Assembly: GCA_963822445.1 (NCBI GenBank)
Contig: CAWGHO010000003.1
Location: 256,001 to 320,000, forward strand
DNA: 64,000 bases
Direction: 5' to 3'
Source: an uncultured Acidobacteriota bacterium
GTDB taxonomy: Bacteria; Acidobacteriota; Thermoanaerobaculia; Gp7-AA8
In this document: one piece after another, positions 46,910-56,353 of the stretch
Layout of the letters: the number at the start of each line of letters is the position of its first letter
Numbering within the stretch: the first letter of the stretch is position 1
Translations under genes and position numbers: made by a program
Notes under the pieces: model-generated
What the model was told of the DNA's origin: nothing
Databases searched by the model: none
The model's input: only the letters and a program-made list of their open reading frames with translations

Positions 46910-49012
46910 ATGCCTGAATACCTCGCACCGGGCGTTTACGTGGAGGAGGTCGACACCGGGATCAAGACGATCGAGGGGGTGAGCACGAGCGTGGCCGGGT
47001 TCGTCGGCATGACGCGCCGCGGCCCGCTGGCGGGACTGCCGCAGTTCGTGACGAGCTTCGCCGAGTTCCGGCGCCTCTTCGGCGGCTTCACCGACTTCGG
47101 CCTCGGCGCGCAATACAACTCGCTGCCATACGCGGTCGACGGATTCTTCGCCAACGGCGGGCGGCGGCTGTTCGTCAAGCGCGTCGCGAGCGGCGCCACG
47201 AAGGCGTCGAAGGCGACGACCGGCGGCATGGTCACGCGGCTCCAGCCAGGTGCCAACGCTCCGACCGGCGCGGGAAACAAAACCATCACGCCTCAGTCTC
47301 TGCGCGGCATCCAGGTCGCGCCCACGAAGACGAAGGTCAACCTGGTGATGGTCAAGAACGGCGTCACGTTCAAGTCGGCTGTGCTCGATGTGGACGCGAT
47401 CAATGAAGCGACGGGGGTGGTGACACTCAGCGCCGACCTCGACACGGTACCCGCGGGACAGCTCCCGGGCGGCTTCGAGGCGCAGTACACGACCGTCCTG
47501 ACCGACGTCGACGCGCTCGATGGCGCCGGTTTGGCCACTCCGCTGGCCAACATCAATGGCCCCCGCGATCCATCGTTCACCGTTCGCGCGAAGGAAGAGG
47601 GGAGCTGGGGAAAAGAGATCGTCGTCACCGTGGCGCCCGAGAACGGTGCACAAACGACGGTGGATGAGACGCGCAACGTCAGCGCAGCCAATACCGCTCT
47701 CGTCGTGCCCGTAGTTTCGACCGCCGGCTTTTACAAGGACGCATGGGTCGAGCTCAATCGCGGTGACGAGAAGCGTTACCATAAAGTCAAATCCGCGGAC
47801 GCGCTGCTGAAAACGCTGACCATCGATGCTCCGCCGCTCACCGACACGCAAGTCAGGCACGATGCAGGCGGAACGGTAACGGTCATTACTGTCTGCGAGT
47901 TTCGCCTCACGGCGAGCTTCGAAGGAGCCAGCGAATCGTTCGGCGGGCTGACGCTGGAAAACGTGAACGGCCGCTACGTCGTCGATCGCATCAACAACGA
48001 GTCGACGCTGATCGAAGTCGTGACGCCGCTGCCGGGACCGACGAATCCGTTCGTCTTTCCGTCGCCTGACGACGGCATCCAGATCGTTTTCGACACCGGC
48101 GGCATCGACGGCGCCGCGCCGAACGACAACGACTTCGTCGGCGGCGGCCTGCCCGGCGTGCGCACCGGGATCAAGGCCCTCGAGGACATCGACGAGATCA
48201 GCATCATCGCCGCGCCCGGACTGACGGGAGTGCTCGTGCAGAACGCACTGATCGAGCAATGCGAGCGGCTCAAGGACCGCTTCGCCATTCTCGATCCGCG
48301 GCGTAAGCCGGCCGGCACCGCGCCCGACATCAACGACATCCAGACGCAGCGCGGGCAGTACGACACGAAATACGCCGCGCTCTACTACCCGAGCCTGATC
48401 ATGAACGATCCGCTCACGAACACGGACGTCCCCGTGCCGCCGAGCGGACACATGGCCGGCATCTACGCTCGCGTCGACATCGAGCGCGGCGTGCACAAGG
48501 CCCCTGCGAACGAAGTCGTGCGCGACATCCTCGGCTTCGAGACGACGGTCAACAAGGAGACGCAGGAGATCCTCAATCCGAGCCCGAGGAACATCAACGT
48601 CTTCCGCGATTTCCGCGCGGACGGCCGCGGCCTGCGCATCTGGGGCGCGCGCGTGATCACCAGCGACACGTCATGGAAGTACATCAACGTCCGCCGGCTC
48701 TTCATCTTCCTCGAGGAGTCGCTCGACCAGGGGACGCAGTGGGTGGTCTTCGAGCCGAACGACGAGAAGCTGTGGGCGCGGGTGACGCAGTCGATCACCG
48801 CATTTCTCACGCGCGTGTGGCGCGACGGCGCGCTGATGGGAGCGAAGGTGGAGGAAGCGTTCTTCGTGAAGTGCGACCGCACCACGATGACGCAGGACGA
48901 CCTCGACAACGGACGCCTGATCGTCCTGGTCGGCGTCGCCCCGGTGAAGCCCGCCGAGTTCGTGATCATCCGCATCGGCCAGTGGACCGCCAGCGCGCAG
49001 CAGAACGAATAA
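46910..49012 (+). CDS. Contractile tail sheath protein 1
   Basis: MPEYLAPGVYVEE, FFANGG, YAALYYP, PPSGH.AG.YAR.D..RGVHKAPANE, WGAR, YINVRR, WVVFEPN, PAEFV. Confidence 0.95.
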   Translation: MPEYLAPGVYVEEVDTGIKTIEGVSTSVAGFVGMTRRGPLAGLPQFVTSFAEFRRLFGGFTDFGLGAQYNSLPYAVDGFFANGGRRLFVKRVASGATKASKATTGGMVTRLQPGANAPTGAGNKTITPQSLRGIQVAPTKTKVNLVMVKNGVTFKSAVLDVDAINEATGVVTLSADLDTVPAGQLPGGFEAQYTTVLTDVDALDGAGLATPLANINGPRDPSFTVRAKEEGSWGKEIVVTVAPENGAQTTVDETRNVSAANTALVVPVVSTAGFYKDAWVELNRGDEKRYHKVKSADALLKTLTIDAPPLTDTQVRHDAGGTVTVITVCEFRLTASFEGASESFGGLTLENVNGRYVVDRINNESTLIEVVTPLPGPTNPFVFPSPDDGIQIVFDTGGIDGAAPNDNDFVGGGLPGVRTGIKALEDIDEISIIAAPGLTGVLVQNALIEQCERLKDRFAILDPRRKPAGTAPDINDIQTQRGQYDTKYAALYYPSLIMNDPLTNTDVPVPPSGHMAGIYARVDIERGVHKAPANEVVRDILGFETTVNKETQEILNPSPRNINVFRDFRADGRGLRIWGARVITSDTSWKYINVRRLFIFLEESLDQGTQWVVFEPNDEKLWARVTQSITAFLTRVWRDGALMGAKVEEAFFVKCDRTTMTQDDLDNGRLIVLVGVAPVKPAEFVIIRIGQWTASAQQNE

Positions 49013-49024
49013 CGGAGGCTCGAC

Positions 49025-49462
49025 ATGGCAACAGGACAACGCATCGATCCGGTCCGCGGCTTCAACTTCGAAGTGCAGATCGACTCCACGCCCGTCGCTT
49101 CGTTCCGCGAAGTGGGCGGGCTGAGCTTCACCACCGATCCGGTCGAATACCGCGAAGGAACCGACCAGCCGCTGCACGTGCGCAAGCTCACCGGCCTGCG
49201 CAAGTTCGCGAACCTCACGCTGAAGCGCGGTTACACCCAGAACCACGATCTGTGGAACTGGTACAAGAACGTGCTCAACGGAGTGGAGGACCGCCGCAAC
49301 GGCGCGATCATTCTGAAGGACGAGCTGCACGCGCCGGTGATGCGGTGGAACTTCGAGAACGCCTGGATCACGAAGTGGGAGGGGCCGGCGCTCAACGCCA
49401 CGAGCAACGACGTGGCCATCGAGTCGCTCGAGCTCGCGGTCGAGCGGGTGGAGCTGCAGTAA
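49025..49462 (+). CDS. Tail tube protein 1 (T4 gp19-like)
   Basis: DP...FNF.V.ID, F.EV.GL, EYREG, LTLKRG, W...A...KW.GP.LNA, AIE.LEL. Confidence 0.95.
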   Translation: MATGQRIDPVRGFNFEVQIDSTPVASFREVGGLSFTTDPVEYREGTDQPLHVRKLTGLRKFANLTLKRGYTQNHDLWNWYKNVLNGVEDRRNGAIILKDELHAPVMRWNFENAWITKWEGPALNATSNDVAIESLELAVERVELQ

Positions 49463-49474
49463 GCGGAGCGCTCG

Positions 49475-51835
49475 ATGCCGACCTACGTCACCCCCGGCGT
49501 CTGGTTCGAGACGCTCGACAGCGGCGCGCAGCGGATCGATCCGCTGCGCACCGACATCGCCGCGTTCATCGGCGTGGCCGAGCGCGGGCGCCTCGACGTC
49601 CCGGTGCGCGTCAATTCGATCGAGCAGTTCCGCAGCGAGTTCGGCGAGCTGATTCCGAACGCGCTGATGGCGTACGCGGTCAAGGCGTTCTTCGAGAACG
49701 GGGGACGGCTCTGTTCCGTCGTGCGCGTCGCGGCGCCGCTCGTGGCCGCCGATGCGATCGGCGTCCAGCCGCCGGATCGCGCGTCCTCGCTCGTGACGTC
49801 GACGAACGGATTCGCAAAAGGCGCGGCGGCGACGATCGCGCAGACCATCGTCGCGGCCACCGCCGGCGTGCAGCCCGCCGACCGGCTGTCGTCGATCGCC
49901 GCTTCCGTCGACGGATTCACGCAACGCTCGCTCGTTCGCTTCGAGCAGGCGGGCAAGCCGACCACGCACCGCCATGTCGCCGCGGTCGACGCCGGCGCGA
50001 AGACGATCTTCTGGGATTCGGCACTCGACGCCGCGTACGACCTTCTCCTTCCGATCACGCTGACGACCACGCGGCAGATCGATCGCCTCATCGACGACGT
50101 TTCGAGCGGCACGCTCACCTGGGCGCGCCCGCTCGACGAGGCGATCGTGCTCACCGCGCCGATCCACTTCGAATCGGGCGCGAGCGTCGCGTCGTTCGAT
50201 CTCATCGACGACGTCGCCCGACCGACGCTGCGCGTGACGGCATCGAGTCCCGGCGCGTGGGGCAATCAGCTCACCGTGCTCGTCGTCCGCACGAATCTCC
50301 ATTCGACGCGCAGCAGCGGCGATCAGCCGTCGCACGGCATGTGGACGGTGGTCGAGAGCGTGGTCGGCTTCGACACCGGCACCGTCGTGCGGCTCGATCA
50401 GCAAGGCCTGACGAAGGAAGTCCACGCGATCGTGAAGGGCGTCGATCCTTCGGAGCGGCAGATCTTCTGGACCGCCGCGCTCGATTCCGCGATCGACCTC
50501 GCTCCGGCGGCGCCGGCGATCGCGATCGAGTCCGCCGAATTTGCGCTTTCGGTCTACGAGAACGGCCGGGTGCGCGAGACGTTCGAGGCGCTCTCGCTCG
50601 TCGCCGAAAACAGGAATCACTACGCGCCGGATGTGATCGCGAAGGCGTCGGCGTTCATCCGCCTCGAGAATCGCAACTCGTCCACGCCGGCGCCGCACAA
50701 TTTTCCCGACGCGCAGTTCCCCGCGCTCGAGAACGGCCGCGCGACGCTGCGCGGAGGACGCGACGGGATCGCCGCGCTCTCGCCACGCGAGCTCACCGGC
50801 GATCGCTCGGCGGACGAGCGCCGCGGACTGCGCACGCTGGAAGTGATCGGCGACGTCTCCGCGATCGCCGTGCCCGACGTGCTCATCGAGCGCGTCGAGC
50901 CGGTCGACTTCGTTCCGCCTCCACCCCCGCCCGAGCCCGACCTCTGCGATCCGTGCGCGCTTCCTCCTCCGCCCATCGCCGATCCGCCGCCGCCGCAGAT
51001 CCAGGAGATGTCGGCAACGTTCACGCTCGATGAGGTTTTCCGCGTGCAGCAGGCGATAGTCGAGCACTGCGAGCTCCTCCGCGACCGCATCGCGCTCATC
51101 GATCCTCCGAATTTCAAGCCGACGCAGCTCGCCGAGATCCAGAGCTGGCGCCGCCGCTTCGACTCGAAGTACGCCGCGCTGTATTACCCGTGGGTCATCG
51201 CGCTCGACCCGGCGGCGCGCGGCACCACGCTGACCCGGGCAATCCCGCCGAGCGGCCACGTCCTCGGCATCTACGCCCGCACCGACCGCAGCGTGGGCGT
51301 GCACAAAGCACCCGCGAACGAGGAGCTGGAGTGGGCGCAGGACCTGACCATCGAGGTCTCACCCGCGTTGCAGGGACTGCTCAATCCGATGGGCATCAAC
51401 GCCATCCGTCCGTTCGCCGGCCGCGGGCTGCGCGTGTACGGCGCTCGCACCGTCAGCAGCGATCCCTCCTGGCGATACGTGAACGTGCGGCGGCTCTTCA
51501 TCATGATCGAGCGCGCGCTCGAGAAGTCGCTGCAGTGGGCGGTCTTCGAGCCGAACGATTTTCAACTTCGCGAAAAGATCACGCTCGCGATCTCCACGTT
51601 CCTCACCGGGCTGTGGCAACGCGGCGCGTTGGCGGGCGACGTCGTCGATGACGCGTTCTACGTCCGCTGCAACGACGCGAACAATCCGGCGGATGCACAA
51701 GCGGAAGGACGGCTGCTCGCCGAGGTCGGCGTTGCGCCGGTGATCCCGGCGGAGTTCGTCGTGCTGCGCATCGGGCGCGTCGAAGACGTCCTCGAAGTGA
51801 CCGAGGAAGTGGAAGGGGTGGCGGCATGGCGGTAG
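49475..51835 (+). CDS. Contractile tail sheath protein 2
   Basis: TPGVWFE, FFENGG, YAALYYPW, GVHKAPANE, YVNVRR, WAVFEPN, PAEFV. Confidence 0.94.
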   Translation: MPTYVTPGVWFETLDSGAQRIDPLRTDIAAFIGVAERGRLDVPVRVNSIEQFRSEFGELIPNALMAYAVKAFFENGGRLCSVVRVAAPLVAADAIGVQPPDRASSLVTSTNGFAKGAAATIAQTIVAATAGVQPADRLSSIAASVDGFTQRSLVRFEQAGKPTTHRHVAAVDAGAKTIFWDSALDAAYDLLLPITLTTTRQIDRLIDDVSSGTLTWARPLDEAIVLTAPIHFESGASVASFDLIDDVARPTLRVTASSPGAWGNQLTVLVVRTNLHSTRSSGDQPSHGMWTVVESVVGFDTGTVVRLDQQGLTKEVHAIVKGVDPSERQIFWTAALDSAIDLAPAAPAIAIESAEFALSVYENGRVRETFEALSLVAENRNHYAPDVIAKASAFIRLENRNSSTPAPHNFPDAQFPALENGRATLRGGRDGIAALSPRELTGDRSADERRGLRTLEVIGDVSAIAVPDVLIERVEPVDFVPPPPPPEPDLCDPCALPPPPIADPPPPQIQEMSATFTLDEVFRVQQAIVEHCELLRDRIALIDPPNFKPTQLAEIQSWRRRFDSKYAALYYPWVIALDPAARGTTLTRAIPPSGHVLGIYARTDRSVGVHKAPANEELEWAQDLTIEVSPALQGLLNPMGINAIRPFAGRGLRVYGARTVSSDPSWRYVNVRRLFIMIERALEKSLQWAVFEPNDFQLREKITLAISTFLTGLWQRGALAGDVVDDAFYVRCNDANNPADAQAEGRLLAEVGVAPVIPAEFVVLRIGRVEDVLEVTEEVEGVAAWR

Positions 51836-52293
51836 GCCGGCTCGATCCCGTTCGCGCCTACAACTTCGTGGTGTCGCTCGTCGACAGCTCGGGAGCTTCC
51901 TCGCTCGCGCAGAACGTCGTCGTGGGCGGCTTCTCCGAATGCTCGGGCCTGGAGATGTCGCTGAAAACCGAGGATTACGAGGAGGGTGGCAACAACGGCA
52001 CGGTGCTGCACTTTCCGAAGCGCATCAACTGGACGAATCTGCGCCTCAAGCGCGGCGCCGCGCTCAGCGACGAGCTGTGGAAGTGGCACTTCGGCTTCGT
52101 CGAGGGAAACGGAAAGCGGCGCGACGGCATGGTCGTGCTGCAGGACGACGAGCACGAGCCGGTCGCGGTCTGGCACTTCCGCCGTGGGTTGCCGGTGAAG
52201 TGGAGCGGCCCGTCGCTCAACGCCGCGCAGAGTCAGGTCGCCATCGAAGAGATCGAGATCGCACACGAAGGGCTGCGCATGCAGCTCGTGTGA
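51826..52293 (+). CDS. Tail tube protein 2
   Basis: GFSECSGL, YEEGG.N, L.LKRG, PVKWSGP.LNA, AIEEIEIAHEG. Confidence 0.94.
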   Translation: MAVGRLDPVRAYNFVVSLVDSSGASSLAQNVVVGGFSECSGLEMSLKTEDYEEGGNNGTVLHFPKRINWTNLRLKRGAALSDELWKWHFGFVEGNGKRRDGMVVLQDDEHEPVAVWHFRRGLPVKWSGPSLNAAQSQVAIEEIEIAHEGLRMQLV

Positions 52294-52304
52294 AGGAGTC
52301 AGGG

Positions 52305-52505
52305 ATGGAGCTCCACGTCGGAGAGATGAACAGCAACGTGCGGATGACCGACTCGCAGTCGGCGCTCAGCCCGGAAGTGTTCGAGCGCATCGTGCGCTCG
52401 GTGCTGGAGCGCCTGCGCGAGGACCAGGCCCACGAGCGGCGCGTCGAATCCGAACGGCGCGTGCGCCCGGGCGTCTCGATGAACGAAACCTCGAGGTGGG
52501 AGTGA
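52305..52505 (+). CDS. Small eCIS protein (Afp6-like position)
   Basis: RBS aaggag, sequence MELHVGEM...ERIVRSVLERL, located between tube 2 and the LysM gene. Confidence 0.65.
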   Translation: MELHVGEMNSNVRMTDSQSALSPEVFERIVRSVLERLREDQAHERRVESERRVRPGVSMNETSRWE

Positions 52506-52506
52506 G

Positions 52507-53217
52507 ATGAGCAAATCGAGCGCGCGGTTCCAGCGGCTCAAGCGCAATCTCGTCGATTTCGAAGATGAGATCGAGGTGCAGTTCAACCCCACCGAGCTCA
52601 CCCTCAACAAGAGCGCGCAGTTCGCGGAGGTGGCCATTCCCGGGCTCGACGCGCCGGTGCTGCAGTTCGTGCGCGGGCAGTCCGAGACGCTCAGCGTCGA
52701 TCTCTTTTTCGATTCGACGGAAGGCGGCACGCTCGGCAACGCCACTCCCGTCACGGAGAAAACCGACCGCTTCTATCAGCTGATCAAGATCGACCGCGAG
52801 ACGCACGCGCCGCCGGTGTGCCGCTTCGTGTGGGGCGACCGCGGCTTCGCCGGCTCGCAGATGAACGCGCAGTGGCAGAGCCAGAACGCCAGCCGCACGA
52901 ATGGATTTCAGTGCGTCGTCGAAAGCGTGCGGCAGCGCTTCACCATGTTCGCGACGAACGGGCGGCCGCTGCGCGCGACGCTCACGGTCTCGCTCAAGGA
53001 ATACAAGACGCTCGACGAGCAGATCGCCGAGATCTTTCTGCAGTCTCCCGATCACACGCACTCGCACATCGTGCAGCGCGGCGACACGCTCGCGCGCATC
53101 GCCGCCGCGCGCTACGACAACCCGCGGGAGTGGCGCGCGATCGCCGATCACAACCGGCTCGACGATCCGCTCGATCTCCAGCCAGGACAAATCCTGGAGG
53201 TGCCTCCGCTCCCGTGA
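52507..53217 (+). CDS. CIS tube-initiator protein with C-terminal LysM (Afp7/Pvc7-like)
   Basis: VQFNPTE, PP.C.F.WG, G.PLRA...V.L.EY, then HIVQRGDTL..IA...Y.....WR.IA..N. Confidence 0.92.
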   Translation: MSKSSARFQRLKRNLVDFEDEIEVQFNPTELTLNKSAQFAEVAIPGLDAPVLQFVRGQSETLSVDLFFDSTEGGTLGNATPVTEKTDRFYQLIKIDRETHAPPVCRFVWGDRGFAGSQMNAQWQSQNASRTNGFQCVVESVRQRFTMFATNGRPLRATLTVSLKEYKTLDEQIAEIFLQSPDHTHSHIVQRGDTLARIAAARYDNPREWRAIADHNRLDDPLDLQPGQILEVPPLP

Positions 53218-53229
53218 GGCGGAACCCGC

Positions 53230-54408
53230 ATGACCACGAAACCGATCTACCGCGAAGGGGAGAACTTCTTCGTCCCCAGCTTTCAGGTGACGCTCGACGG
53301 CACGCGTCTCAAGGCCGGGATTCTGCGCGACGTCCTTTCCGTGACGTACAAGGACAGCGTCTCCGACAGCGGCACCGGCGGGAGCGGCGACGCGCTCGAT
53401 TCGTTCGAGATGACGATCAACAACTGGGACGCCGAAGCGCGCCGGTTCAAGTACGAGCCGCATTCCAGCTCCGATTACCAGGGCCTCTTCGAGCCCGGCC
53501 GCGAGCTCGACCTGTCCATGGGCTACTTCGACAACATGCGCCTAATGCTCCGCGGGCTGATCACGTCGCTGGAGCCGAACTTCACCGAGTCGGGACCGGC
53601 CACCCTCTCCATTCGCGGCCTCAACGTCCTTCACAAGTTCAAGAAGCGCCAGCACACCTGGACGTGGCCGGACACGAAGAAGGACAGCGAGATCGCGTTC
53701 GAGCTCGGTGAGCAGCGCGAGACCTCCAGCCGCCCCGGCCTTGGCATTCCCGTGCGCATCGACGAGAACGCGAAGCAGCGCGAACCATCCGAATTCGTGT
53801 TCATGAACAACCAGTTCGACATCCTCTTCCTCATCGAACGCGCGCGCCGCCGCGGCTACGCCTTGCACCTGCGCAAGGACACCGGCGGCGGCGAGTACCT
53901 CTATTTCGGACCGAGCCAGGAGATCCGCCGCGTGGAGTACGAGCTCGAGTGGGGTCGCTCGCTCTGCTCGTTCCGTCCGACGTTCACGACCGCGAATCAG
54001 GCTTCGTCCGTCACGGTGCGCGGATGGGATCGCGCGACGCAGAAGACCATCGAGGGGAAGGCGCAGATCCCCGACGACTGCCGGCTCAACAGCGATCAGT
54101 CGCCGGTGGCGCTGAAGGCGAGCCAGAGCGAAGAGGTCGTGACGAACCGTCCCGTGCGCAACGAGCAGGAAGCGCGCGAGCTGGCGAAGAACATCCTCAA
54201 CGACGTTGCCCGCGACCTGGTGCGCGGCAGCGGCGCGACCGTCGGATTGCCCGATCTCCGCGCCGGCAGCCGCGTGGTCATAAAGGGTCTCGGCCCGCGC
54301 TTCAGCGGCAACTACTTCGTCACCTCGACGTCGCACACCATCGATTCGAATGGCTACCGGACGACGTTCGACTCGCGCCGCGAAGGTCCGGTCGAAGGAG
54401 GCGCGTGA
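53230..54408 (+). CDS. Phage late-control D / baseplate hub protein (VgrG N-terminal equivalent)
   Basis: L.MGY, G.I..LEP.F, L.WG.SL.SF.P, V.VRGWD, G.PDLRAG..V...GLG.RFSG.Y.V....H. Confidence 0.9.
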   Translation: MTTKPIYREGENFFVPSFQVTLDGTRLKAGILRDVLSVTYKDSVSDSGTGGSGDALDSFEMTINNWDAEARRFKYEPHSSSDYQGLFEPGRELDLSMGYFDNMRLMLRGLITSLEPNFTESGPATLSIRGLNVLHKFKKRQHTWTWPDTKKDSEIAFELGEQRETSSRPGLGIPVRIDENAKQREPSEFVFMNNQFDILFLIERARRRGYALHLRKDTGGGEYLYFGPSQEIRRVEYELEWGRSLCSFRPTFTTANQASSVTVRGWDRATQKTIEGKAQIPDDCRLNSDQSPVALKASQSEEVVTNRPVRNEQEARELAKNILNDVARDLVRGSGATVGLPDLRAGSRVVIKGLGPRFSGNYFVTSTSHTIDSNGYRTTFDSRREGPVEGGA

Positions 54409-54650
54409 TGGCGGTGCTGAAACCGGGACGCATCGACTCCGACGGCAACTGGCTCGAATGGGACGCCATGGCGCGATACATCGAGGAGGCGCTTCCGCCT
54501 CCGAACGATCCCGAAGACTCGGGGAAAGCCGGCCGCCGCGAGTTCTTCATCGCCATCTCCACGGGAGTCATCGAGTACCTGAAGGTCCATCAGGGCGATG
54601 CATTCGTCGTCCACGTCAACAACGACGTTGGCACGCTGGAGATCCGATGA
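54408..54650 (+). CDS. Small hypothetical eCIS protein (80 aa)
   Basis: RBS ggagg, TGATG and ATGA overlaps on both sides, sequence AMA.YIE....FFIAISTGVIEYLK. Confidence 0.65.
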   Translation: MAVLKPGRIDSDGNWLEWDAMARYIEEALPPPNDPEDSGKAGRREFFIAISTGVIEYLKVHQGDAFVVHVNNDVGTLEIR

Positions 54651-55165
54651 GCACGCGATTCGAAGGTGTGATGGTGGGCAGAGTCGTGGAGGTCGAAGAC
54701 CCGGATGGCCAGGGCCGCATCCGCGTCGACTTCCCGTGGCTGGGTGGGCAGAGCAAGAGCTACTGGGCCGCGATCGCGGCGCCGATGGCGGGCGGCGGAC
54801 GCGGCGCCTTCTTCATGCCCGAGAAGGACGACGAAGTGCTCGTCGCCTTCGACCGCGGCGACGTCAATCACGCTTACGTCATCGGCTTTCTGTGGAACGG
54901 CCGCGACAAACCGCCGTCGACGTCGGTGCGCGAGCGGATGATCCGCAGCGTCAACGGCCACGCCATCCGCTTTCTCGACTCCACGCCGGAGAACGGAAAC
55001 AAGGGCGCAATCATCATCGAGGACGCCCACGGCAATCGCATCACGCTCTCCAACGCGAAGATCACCATCAAGAGCGTGGCCGTGCTGGAGCTCGACGCGC
55101 CGACGATCGTCATCAAAGGTCCCGGATATCAACGGGTCATTTCGCCGAACAACAACCCGATCTGA
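54647..55165 (+). CDS. Baseplate assembly protein V / gp5-like OB-fold spike (short)
   Basis: G.V..VEDPDGQGRIRV.FPW, WA..A.PMAG..RG.FF.PE.DDEVLVAF..GD....YV.G.LWNG. Confidence 0.92.
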   Translation: MSTRFEGVMVGRVVEVEDPDGQGRIRVDFPWLGGQSKSYWAAIAAPMAGGGRGAFFMPEKDDEVLVAFDRGDVNHAYVIGFLWNGRDKPPSTSVRERMIRSVNGHAIRFLDSTPENGNKGAIIIEDAHGNRITLSNAKITIKSVAVLELDAPTIVIKGPGYQRVISPNNNPI

Positions 55166-55182
55166 GCGAGGGAAACGCGCGC

Positions 55183-55950
55183 ATGGGCAATCTCGACATC
55201 GAAGTCAGCGCCGAAGTGCAGGCGATGTTCGACCTGCCGAAGTGCGCCGATGTGAAGCTGCCCATGCCGGCGCCGATGCAGATCACGCTGCCGACCGGCG
55301 CGGTGATCAAAGCGGTCGCGGATGTTTCGAAAGGCATCCCGACCGATTGCGCGGCAACGTTCAGCCTGATGGTGCAGCTCAATCCGCTGCTCGCGAGCAT
55401 GGAGTGCCTGCTCCGCATTCTCAAGCTCCTCGGCGCGCTCATCAAAGTCATCAAGGGGCTGCCGTTCCCGCCGGTGCAGGCGATCAAGGATTTCGTCGAC
55501 GCCGCAACGGAGCTCGCGCCGTGCATCGCCATCCCCTTCAACATCCCCGCGCTCAAGGCGATGATCCACGACATCCTCTGCCTGATCCTGAAGACCCTGA
55601 AGTGCGTCGTCGAGGGGCTCTCCAGCATCGTGAAGACGATGAAGGGGTTGTCGATTCAGCTGGAGATCGCCGAGGCCGACAACAACCAGGATCTGCTGCA
55701 GGCCATCCAGTGCGCGCAGGAAAACGCGCAGATCTCCTCGCAGCACCTGATGCAGTCGGTCGAGCCGATCACCGCGCTCCTCGGCCTCGTCTCTCCGATC
55801 ATGCAGCTGGCCGGGCTTCCGGCGATCGAAATGCCGGCGGTCGGCGGCAGCACCGACGTCTCCGGCCTCGAGAAAGTCGTGAAGACGCTCGAAGACCTGA
55901 TCAAGACGCTGTCGGACATCAACGAGGGATTGGGAGGGCCGTGCTCATGA
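55183..55950 (+). CDS. Hypothetical amphipathic helical Cys-containing protein located where PAAR usually lies
   Basis: 255-aa ORF between the spike and gp25 genes, with Leu/Ile/Lys amphipathic helices and several Cys. No PAAR motif. Confidence 0.7.
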   Translation: MGNLDIEVSAEVQAMFDLPKCADVKLPMPAPMQITLPTGAVIKAVADVSKGIPTDCAATFSLMVQLNPLLASMECLLRILKLLGALIKVIKGLPFPPVQAIKDFVDAATELAPCIAIPFNIPALKAMIHDILCLILKTLKCVVEGLSSIVKTMKGLSIQLEIAEADNNQDLLQAIQCAQENAQISSQHLMQSVEPITALLGLVSPIMQLAGLPAIEMPAVGGSTDVSGLEKVVKTLEDLIKTLSDINEGLGGPCS

Positions 55951-56351
55951 CCGGCCGCGAGTTCCTCGGGCGCGGCTGGCAGTTTCCGGTCCGCATCAAT
56001 CCGCACGGCGGTCTCTCGTACGTCAGCGCCGAGCAGGACATCGTCGAGGCGCTCTGGATCATCCTCTCCACCTCGCCCGGCGAGCGGCAGATGCTGCCGC
56101 GGTTCGGCTGCGGGATCCACGACTTCGTGTTCGCGCCGAACAGCGCGGCGACGCGGGGCACGATCGCGAACGCGGTGCGCAAGGCGCTCACGACGTGGGA
56201 GCCGCGCATCGATCTCGTCGACGTTCGCGTGGAGGCGGGAGCGGGCGAGGACAACAAGCTTCTCATCCGCATCGACTACCGCATCCGCTCGACGAACGCG
56301 TACCACAACCTCGTCTATCCCTTCTACCTGAAGGAAGGAAAAGGAAGCTGA
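55947..56351 (+). CDS. GPW/gp25-family baseplate protein
   Basis: FLGRGW.FP, IILST.PGER.M.P.FGC, WEPRI, NLVYPFYL. Confidence 0.94.
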   Translation: MTGREFLGRGWQFPVRINPHGGLSYVSAEQDIVEALWIILSTSPGERQMLPRFGCGIHDFVFAPNSAATRGTIANAVRKALTTWEPRIDLVDVRVEAGAGEDNKLLIRIDYRIRSTNAYHNLVYPFYLKEGKGS

Positions 56352-56353
56352 TC

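Noticed and set aside
48671-51304. Long antisense or alternative-frame ORFs (877 aa, 786 aa; likewise 2277-4034, 12628-14145, 22885-24648, 56324-58528, 58592-60961)
   Set aside because: They overlap well-supported genes, have low-complexity Arg/Ala-rich translations, and are expected in high-GC DNA.
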